Shown: piece after piece, positions 25,210 to 32,000 of the stretch
Layout of the letters: each line of letters opens with the position of its first letter
How positions within the stretch are numbered: position 1 is the stretch's first letter
Notes under the pieces: model-generated
What the model was told of the DNA's origin: nothing
The model's database searches: none
What the model saw: only the letters and a program-made list of their open reading frames with translations
NCBI GenBank assembly: GCA_048886185.1
Contig: JBHLKY010000005.1
Span: 200,458-232,457, forward strand
Reading direction: 5' to 3'
Origin: Candidatus Hermodarchaeota archaeon
Lineage (GTDB): Archaea; Asgardarchaeota; Heimdallarchaeia; Hodarchaeales; Hodarchaeaceae
Length of the DNA: 32,000 nt
Translations under genes and position numbers: made by a program

Positions 25210-26028
25210 TTATGGGTTTTTTGCTTTGATTATCATTGAAAAGGGAATTATTCTAATCACACGTACAAATTTCTTGATGTATTCTTCATATATGTCATTT
25301 ACTACAGAGATGTAGGGGATCTTCAAGGATGCTTCTTCATCCATACTAGCTAGATCAAAGGCTTGAGGTTCCTCTATTCGTAGTATTTGTAATCCGGTTT
25401 CAATACAACCGTTAATAATCTCAGATATTGACCAATTCCCTTGATTAAACGTAGCAGTTGTTCCATCAAAGCAAAGCCAATCCCATACATCTCGACTTTT
25501 ATTAAAATAATTTCCTACTTTATTTAAATCTCCCTCTTCTAATGCTGGTCCTACAGTCAACCAGATTGGATGTTCAAAACAGAAAACTAAAAATCCTTTA
25601 GGTTTTAAGACACGAGCAGTTTCCTTGAACACCGCTCTCAAATCATCTGCATAACCAATAGCATGCGATGAAATTACAATATCGAAAATATTACTCTCAA
25701 ATTGTCCTAAATCTTCCATTCTTCCCTGTACAAACTTGGTTTTTACCCCTTCCTTTTTTGCTAGTTTTTTTGCATATTCTAGTTGAATTTCCGATATATC
25801 TAATCCGATTACTTCTGCTCCCCATTTGGTTAAAACAATCGAGTTCTGACCTCCTCCACATCCGAGTTCTAAAATTTTTTTGCCCTTTACATTACCAAGT
25901 AAATTTAAATCTCTTTCACCAGGAGCAACAGGGCCATAATGAACATCCTCTAATGAAATTCGCTTCTCATCTTGATATGATTTTGAAATAGCGTTCCAAC
26001 TTTCTCTATTTTGAATATTTTTCACCAA
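25210..26028 (-). CDS. Class I SAM-dependent methyltransferase
   Basis: ILELGCGGG, GLDISE, FDIVIS, RVLKPKG; GTG start. Confidence 0.9.
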   Translation of the reverse strand: MVKNIQNRESWNAISKSYQDEKRISLEDVHYGPVAPGERDLNLLGNVKGKKILELGCGGGQNSIVLTKWGAEVIGLDISEIQLEYAKKLAKKEGVKTKFVQGRMEDLGQFESNIFDIVISSHAIGYADDLRAVFKETARVLKPKGFLVFCFEHPIWLTVGPALEEGDLNKVGNYFNKSRDVWDWLCFDGTTATFNQGNWSISEIINGCIETGLQILRIEEPQAFDLASMDEEASLKIPYISVVNDIYEEYIKKFVRVIRIIPFSMIIKAKNP

Positions 26029-26655
26029 GAAGACCTCTGAATCTATTCGACTAGTTTAAATAAGAATCTTTTGAAATACTTCCCAAGTTTCAACACTGTC
26101 AATTTCTGATCTTTGCTAAACGCTTAGTTCTTGTAAAATTACAGTTCTTGAATAGATATTATGCTACTGTACACTATCTGATTGAAAGGCAGAAATGCCA
26201 ATTTAGGTATCTTCAGTACCAACCCGAATAACTGGATAGAGTTGTGGTAGTACAAAAAGAGTCATAGCTTCTATTGTCAAAAGTGATATAACAATACTTC
26301 CAATATATTCTGTTCTAGACATATTAATTAAATCTTGTTATTTTAATTGAGAGAAAAATGATTCTTAATGTTAGGATTACTATTAAATATAGAATTTTTT
26401 AAGCATTATCTAATCTAACTACAATTTATCTGCTCTATTTCATTAGTTATCCTTTATTACCCAACTATAGAAAGAAAAATAATTACCTAACGCCTGCAAA
26501 GATTATAAAGTTAAAATCTACTACCTTTTCACACGAACCTCCTTTTTTTCCCATAATGTTAAATTTGCCCTATATTTCAACACTTAAGAATTTTCAAGGA
26601 TTAGAATCCCATATCTTTTTAAAAGTAAGATAATAAAAATATAGTAAATTAATCA

Positions 26656-27228
26656 ATGGCGGTTTATTCTATGAAATCATCATTTCAGGGCTATTCTGAA
26701 GAACCACTTGTAATCTTAAAACCCAAATACCTAAAATTAATTGCATTGTTAAAATCAATACCTATAGCTGTCTTTCTGGGATTATTTGGGGGAATAGGTG
26801 TCTTGATGGTGACCTTAATAGCGAGTAGTGAGCCAACCATTAGTGGAACTGTGGATTCTACCTCGACAATGATGCTTTTTGGGGGTACCGTTGGATTTTT
26901 TTTGTTAGGAGCAATTCTATCAATTTGGTATCGAAATACCTCGATTAGTCATATCGAGTATCGAATTTTTCCTAATCGTATCGAATACTTTGAGGGACTC
27001 TTTACTGTGGAACAAAAAACCATCAAATTTGACGATGTCTCTGAGATCTATTTACGTAAAGGGGTATTACAAAAGCGATATAATTTGGGTTCTATTTTTT
27101 TAATGACAAAAGGCTTGATGATTCCCATGGTTGGGATGCGAGGAAATCTTGGGGGAATGATTCTCCGTGATATTGAAGATCCCGATGTGATTTACCAACA
27201 GCTCAAACAACTCAAAGACACAGGGTAA
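26656..27228 (+). CDS. Membrane protein with two TM helices and a bacterial PH-like (bPH_2-type) domain
   Basis: Two hydrophobic segments then YRIFPNRIEYFEGLFTVEQKTIKFDDV...QKRYNLGSI...IRDIEDP-like pattern typical of this family. Confidence 0.7.
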   Translation: MAVYSMKSSFQGYSEEPLVILKPKYLKLIALLKSIPIAVFLGLFGGIGVLMVTLIASSEPTISGTVDSTSTMMLFGGTVGFFLLGAILSIWYRNTSISHIEYRIFPNRIEYFEGLFTVEQKTIKFDDVSEIYLRKGVLQKRYNLGSIFLMTKGLMIPMVGMRGNLGGMILRDIEDPDVIYQQLKQLKDTG

Positions 27229-27536
27229 GTCTAACATCATGATTCAGTGAGTGATATTGTCGTTTATTAATGTAGTTGCTTCATATCATTCTTTATGAAT
27301 TACGGTGAAATTTTTTCCCATCAAATATATAATGAAAAAAGTATCGTCGTTTATTGCATAGCTGTTATATAATTCTTTGAAATACGTGTATGATTCACAA
27401 ACAACTGTTTTTCAGAACAAATGAGTTATCTTTAATTTACTACATTCCTCATTCCTAATTTTATTAAACTCAAAAAAATTTACTCAATTTAATTTTTGGG
27501 ATTAATTTGATTGCTAAAAAAGGAATTGGAAATGAA

Positions 27537-27692
27537 ATGGCTGATTATTTCTTCAGAATCATTATGATCCTCTATATTGTTGTTTTAGGTCTCATACTAT
27601 ATTTTTTTGGTCAAAAATCCCCCAAATTATATAATACGGATCCTCAACGATATTTAACAACATTTAACAAACATCTTCAAACGACACTTTGA
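27537..27692 (+). CDS. Possible small single-TM protein (51 aa from ATG 27537)
   Basis: Hydrophobic IIMILYIVVLGLILYFF followed by polar tail; AAGGA upstream. Could be a remnant or spurious. Confidence 0.3.
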   Translation: MADYFFRIIMILYIVVLGLILYFFGQKSPKLYNTDPQRYLTTFNKHLQTTL

Positions 27693-27748
27693 CGACATTA
27701 ATGTTTGAAAATAAAAGATATCACAGAACGAAATAACTCTTTTAGTTG

Positions 27749-28822
27749 TTAACGAAAGAATTGTTTCATTACTGTAATCATCTGTTGAGTACAGAAGTCA
27801 ATATCTTCCTTTACAATACTATAATGAGTAACTAAACGAATTTTATTTCCCTTATTTAGAACTAAAACACCGTTCTTTGCCAATATTGTCACCAATTTTT
27901 CCATTGGCGTAGTTGTTGGAAATTCTACCCAAATTATATTTGTTTCTGGCATACAAACTTCTATTGGAAGTGATTCTTCCTTCAATACTTGCGCTAATCG
28001 AGTTGCATTAACATGATCTTCTTCAAGACGGTTTATCCAATTCTCCTGTAATGCAACAAGCCCCATGATAGCAATAATTCCGGCTTGGCGCATACCTCCA
28101 CCTAACATTTTTCGAAATTTCCTCGCTTTGGTAATAAACTCTTGAGGTCCGACAACAATTGACCCAATTGGACATGAAAGGCCTTTCGAAAGGCAAAATG
28201 TCATACTATTGACATATTGAGAAAATTCGGTAACTGGTGTTTTCAATGCCACTGCTGCATTAAAAATTCGAGCACCATCCATATGAATTCTCATCTCATT
28301 ATTTCTGAGAGCAAAATCATTAAGATCTTTCAAATATGAAGGCGGAATGACAGTGCCACCATGATTATTGTGTGTGTTTTCAACACAGATCAATGTTGTC
28401 CAAGCTTGATGATCATCATCCCGAGGACGAATTAATGGTTGTAAATCATCATTTATAGAAGCTATCCCTTTATTAGAAGAGTATGCCCTTGGTGTTAATC
28501 CACCAACTCGAGCAGCACTCCCCACCTCATAGAATAAGATATGACTTGCAGATTCTACCAGTATTTCATCCCCAGGGCAAGTAGAACTAAGTAAAGACAC
28601 TAAATTTCCTTGAGAGCCAGATGTGACTAATAATCCAGCTTCCATGCCTGTAACTTTTGCTGCAGTTTCTTCTAGCTCATTAACAGTTGGATCCTCACGA
28701 AAAACATCATCACCAATCTTTGAATCATCCAATGATTTTAATGCTTCCCACATCTCAGGAGAGGGTTTTGTTACAGTATCAGATCTAAGATCGACTATTT
28801 TGTTTTGCATTTTTTTACACAT
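27749..28822 (-). CDS. ltaE: Low-specificity L-threonine aldolase
   Basis: DLRSDTVTKP, GDDVFREDPTV, SGSQGN, ENTHNNHGG, HMDGARIFNAA, PLP Lys in CLSKGLSCPIGS, LGGGMRQAG, RLVTH. Alternative ATG 28810. Confidence 0.93.
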   Translation of the reverse strand: MCKKMQNKIVDLRSDTVTKPSPEMWEALKSLDDSKIGDDVFREDPTVNELEETAAKVTGMEAGLLVTSGSQGNLVSLLSSTCPGDEILVESASHILFYEVGSAARVGGLTPRAYSSNKGIASINDDLQPLIRPRDDDHQAWTTLICVENTHNNHGGTVIPPSYLKDLNDFALRNNEMRIHMDGARIFNAAVALKTPVTEFSQYVNSMTFCLSKGLSCPIGSIVVGPQEFITKARKFRKMLGGGMRQAGIIAIMGLVALQENWINRLEEDHVNATRLAQVLKEESLPIEVCMPETNIIWVEFPTTTPMEKLVTILAKNGVLVLNKGNKIRLVTHYSIVKEDIDFCTQQMITVMKQFFR

Positions 28823-29007
28823 CCAATAATTCAGTTAGGTGAGGCAATAACTAAAGTATTGTGATAATAAAGAGTGTAATGAGAATAATTTCAATCACAA
28901 TGAGAAAATTTACCAATTTTTACACTGATTCAACCTAGAGAAGAGACAAATAAAATGATTATTATTTAGAAATAAATTCAAAATGAGTATTCAATTGATA
29001 TTGATAT

Positions 29008-29514
29008 GTGATGAACATCATGAGAGATATTCGTCGTAAAGAAAAAGCTATCACAGATGAAAATGAAATGAAACAAATACTTCAAAGCGCCCAATATATT
29101 ACCATTGCCATGTGTAAAGACAACCAACCTTATCTTGTTACTCTAAGTCATGGATATGATCCAGAAAGAGGACTACTCTTTTTTCATTGCGCATCAGATG
29201 GGAAAAAGATAGATTATTTAACCTCAAATAACGTTGTTTGGGGACAAGCCCTGATTGATCTCGGATATGCTCAAGGGGCTTGTGACCATCTTTATGCAAC
29301 TACTCAATTTAAGGGAAAAGTGTCTTTTATTCAGGATTTGGAAGAGAAAAGACAGGCTCTAATCAATATGATTCAAAAACTTGATGAAAAGCCTCAAATG
29401 ATTATTAACAAGCAACTCACAGATAAATCGATAGCAAAAGTAACAATTGGTCAGATAGATATCGAGGATATGACTGGAAAAAAGCAGAAAACCGTAGAAA
29501 TAACGATGTTTTAA
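29008..29514 (+). CDS. Pyridoxamine 5'-phosphate oxidase-like flavin-binding protein (NimA/NimC-related)
   Basis: MRDIRRKEK, PYLVTLSHGY, FFHCASDGKKIDYL, TGKK. Confidence 0.85.
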   Translation: MMNIMRDIRRKEKAITDENEMKQILQSAQYITIAMCKDNQPYLVTLSHGYDPERGLLFFHCASDGKKIDYLTSNNVVWGQALIDLGYAQGACDHLYATTQFKGKVSFIQDLEEKRQALINMIQKLDEKPQMIINKQLTDKSIAKVTIGQIDIEDMTGKKQKTVEITMF

Positions 29515-29931
29515 CAAAATAAGGCAAATTTTATCCATTTTCTTTTCCTGAAAATGAATCTTTCCAAGGCTCTTTGATTCTCTATTGTGATTTGAGGATA
29601 AATAACGAAGTTCTGATAGTTGGGTTTATAGCTAAATAAGAAGACTGTGGTCTGAGATAGATTTGATTGAAGCAAAGTGTGAAATTAATTCTTTGGAAAA
29701 GGTCTATAAAGACATTCTCTGTTACTGTAATTACAGTAAATTCCGAAGCCGCTTGAGATGCATACTGTGCCGCTAATGTTCGGTTTGGGGTTCAAATTAA
29801 TGTTCTGGTTCAGTATTTGTATCATTGTCTGGTATAGAGAGGTTATTTGTACAACCAGACAATAATAAAAAACGGATTAGAACTAAAAATGCTTGAATAG
29901 ATCTTAAGTATTGAATTGAAATCACCCCCAT
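29511..29931 (-). pseudogene. Probable decayed gene for an exported (lipoprotein-like) protein
   Basis: ATG 29931 opens 44 codons ending FLLLSGCTNNLSIPDNDTNTEPEH (stop 29797); a second frame runs about 120 codons to 29511 with one internal TAA (29685-29687), and its final stop overlaps the nimA-like stop. Confidence 0.3.
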
Positions 29932-30082
29932 TGATTTTGCAGTTATTGAGAGAATTATTATAACTTACTTGTGTTGTAATTTATTAAATATATTGTAGTA
30001 ATGTATTAATTTTTCCCTTTTTAGGGGCTTAAAAGATTATTTCACTTGGATTTCCTAATAAAAGGTCTAATTAGTGATCGAA

Positions 30083-31867
30083 ATGGTTGAGTCAAAAGAA
30101 ATCGCCTGGGATCTAACACTAATCTTCAAATCTGACGAAGAAATTCAGCAAACAATTCAAAAAGCTCGAATTGAGGCAGAAATGATTGAAAAAGATTACC
30201 GGGGTAAGATAAATTCTGAGAAAACAACCGAGAGTGATCTTCTTCGTTTGTTTAAACACTTAGAAAGCTTGAGAGAGAAATCAGAGGGATTATTCTTTTA
30301 TGGTAAGTTAAAGGTCAGCGCAGATCAGACCAAGAAAGAAGCATTAGAACTATTCAATACTGCGAAAAATGTTCTACTAGAGGTTAAGACAAAAATTGCC
30401 TTTGTTGAAATAGAACTGGGAAAATTGTTAGAGAGTAAAGGGAAATACATACAATCGCCAACTTTAAAGAATTATAAACACTATATGGAACGAATAAAAC
30501 AAAAGCATAAGCACACTCTATCTGAAGCTGAAGAGCAACTAATTCTTGAGAAAGATCTAAATGGGGTAATGGCTTGGTCACAATTTCGCGCAGAGTGGCT
30601 TGGAAAGAAATTATTTCGAGCAATTATTGATAACAAAGAGAAAACGTTTTATTGGAGTGAAGCTCAAGGTTTAATGAGATCTACAAATAGACTTAATCGA
30701 AAAAATACTATTATTGCAGTCATGGAGGCCTTAAAAGAAGATGGGGACATATTTTCAGCTACATTACGCAGCATTTGTACTAATCATGTAATGATGGCAA
30801 GACGTAGAAATTATGATACGATGGCCTCTAGTTTGATAACTAATGACATCACTCAAGAAATGATTGATAATTTATATGCAGCAATAGAATCCAATTTAGA
30901 CATCTTTCATGATATTTTACTTTTAAAAGCAAAGGTATTAGGTACTGAAAAATTGTTAGGGGAGGATCTTTGGGCCCCTATTCCTCAAGAGGGAGAAGAA
31001 TCTGAAAAGATAACTTGGGATGATGCAAAAAAAATTGTTACTGAGATTTTGAAAGATTTTGATGTTGAATTCGGGAGAATTACCACCAAAATGTTTAAAG
31101 AAAATCATATTGATGCCTCTCCTAGGAAAGGAAAACGAGGAGGAGCATTCTGTTCGGCTAATGATTACGCAAAAGAATGTTTCATCCTCCAATCCTTTAA
31201 TCATACTTTCGATGATTTAAGTACGTTAGCTCATGAGATGGGTCATGCAATACATGGTTATTTAACCCTAGGAGCACAAACCCTGATTAATAGGGATATC
31301 TCGTATTGCATCGCTGAATGTGCTTCTGAATTTGTAAGATTTCTTTTAATAGATAGAATGAAAGAAAAAGTGGCTGATTTTCAGAAACGTATTATCTTAT
31401 TTAACCATTTGGAAGATCTAGCAATTTCTATATTTGAAGTGGGATCAAGAACACAATTTGAAAAGAGTCTATATCAGGCCATTAAAGCAGGGGAATACTT
31501 AAATACCGAAAAGATTTCAGATTTGTTTCTAAAGTCTAGAACAAATTATTTTGGAGACTCTATTCAATTTTTACCACAACAGAAGTATGATTGGATGTGG
31601 AAACCTCATTATTTTAGAATAGATTTACGCTTTTACAATTACCCTTATGTATTTGCAGAACTAATAGTCCTTGCTTTATATAATAAGTTCAAAAGTGAAG
31701 GTGATTCGTTTAAACTCAATTTTAAAGCTTTTCTCGCAGCTGGTTCCTCCAAATCACCACAAGAACTAGTTAAAGATATGGATATGGATCTCACTACAAA
31801 AGAATTTTGGCAATTGGGATTAAACGAAATGAGAGCGATCCTGAGAGACATAAAAAACCTATTCTGA
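30083..31867 (+). CDS. pepF: Oligoendopeptidase F (M3B metallopeptidase)
   Basis: WDLT start, KGKRGGAFC, zinc motif HEMGH, AECAS, FYNYPYVF, LAAGSSKSP. ATG 30083 preferred over GTG 30074. Confidence 0.92.
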   Translation: MVESKEIAWDLTLIFKSDEEIQQTIQKARIEAEMIEKDYRGKINSEKTTESDLLRLFKHLESLREKSEGLFFYGKLKVSADQTKKEALELFNTAKNVLLEVKTKIAFVEIELGKLLESKGKYIQSPTLKNYKHYMERIKQKHKHTLSEAEEQLILEKDLNGVMAWSQFRAEWLGKKLFRAIIDNKEKTFYWSEAQGLMRSTNRLNRKNTIIAVMEALKEDGDIFSATLRSICTNHVMMARRRNYDTMASSLITNDITQEMIDNLYAAIESNLDIFHDILLLKAKVLGTEKLLGEDLWAPIPQEGEESEKITWDDAKKIVTEILKDFDVEFGRITTKMFKENHIDASPRKGKRGGAFCSANDYAKECFILQSFNHTFDDLSTLAHEMGHAIHGYLTLGAQTLINRDISYCIAECASEFVRFLLIDRMKEKVADFQKRIILFNHLEDLAISIFEVGSRTQFEKSLYQAIKAGEYLNTEKISDLFLKSRTNYFGDSIQFLPQQKYDWMWKPHYFRIDLRFYNYPYVFAELIVLALYNKFKSEGDSFKLNFKAFLAAGSSKSPQELVKDMDMDLTTKEFWQLGLNEMRAILRDIKNLF

Positions 31868-31927
31868 TCTTTCTACGATTTTAATACCAACAGATTTATG
31901 TATCATCATAATAGAGTGTATTTCAAG

Positions 31928-32000
31928 ATGAATTCTACCTTAAAAAAATCTGAAAATGAGTGGAAAAAAACTCTTACAAAAGAGCAATTTTGGATACTGA
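31928..32000 (+). CDS. msrB: 5' fragment of peptide-methionine (R)-S-oxide reductase MsrB (runs off the window)
   Basis: Hand translation MNSTLKKSENEWKKTLTKEQFWIL matches the typical MsrB N-terminal KS-EW---LT-EQ--IL pattern; only 24 codons visible. Confidence 0.6.
   Translation, partial: MNSTLKKSENEWKKTLTKEQFWIL

Noticed and set aside
2132-31851. Short ORF-track entries nested in or antisense to confident genes (e.g. 2132, 2564, 3140, 3472, 4802, 6139, 6363, 11216, 11437, 14059, 14820, 16887, 17181, 17807, 18425, 19181, 20220, 20998, 21425, 22171, 23410, 25109, 25668, 28623, 30384, 30956, 31645)
   Set aside because: Shadow ORFs with no recognisable motifs overlapping well-supported CDSs.
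1-32000. CRISPR arrays, tRNA/rRNA, IS elements, prophage or defence genes, Sec/Pyl readthrough
   Set aside because: None seen by eye: no spaced repeats, cloverleaves, transposase/integrase motifs or homologous continuation past stops. tRNAscan-SE/Infernal were not run.

Overview
AT-rich (roughly one-third GC by eye, not computed), densely coding prokaryotic window with about 25 metabolic, transport and cell-surface genes. No rRNA, tRNA, CRISPR array, transposase or integrase was recognised. Archaeal origin is inferred from exported proteins anchored by C-terminal TM plus basic tails (one with a PGF motif), TATA/BRE-like AT tracts and oligo-T terminators. The style fits Asgard archaea (Heimdall/Hodarchaeales-like), which needs a homology search to confirm. 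In order: a membrane-anchored sulfite-oxidase-family Mo domain, ABC exporter, ppa, class I aminotransferase, LysE, APH-type kinase, a minus-strand three-gene gamma-glutamyl operon (GCS2/YbdK-like ligase, gamma-glutamylcyclotransferase, class II Ntn amidotransferase), a three-repeat surface protein, an acyl-CoA ligase divergent from a Liv-type ABC transporter with enlarged permeases, D-aminoacylase-like amidohydrolase, HisC-like aminotransferase, crotonase, alpha/beta hydrolase, methyltransferase, PH-domain membrane protein, ltaE, NimA/PNPOx-like protein, a probable decayed gene, oligoendopeptidase F and the start of msrB. The best candidate for an undescribed system is the gamma-glutamyl write/erase operon at 6800-9594, whose ligase has a remodelled acceptor region and an extra C-terminal domain.
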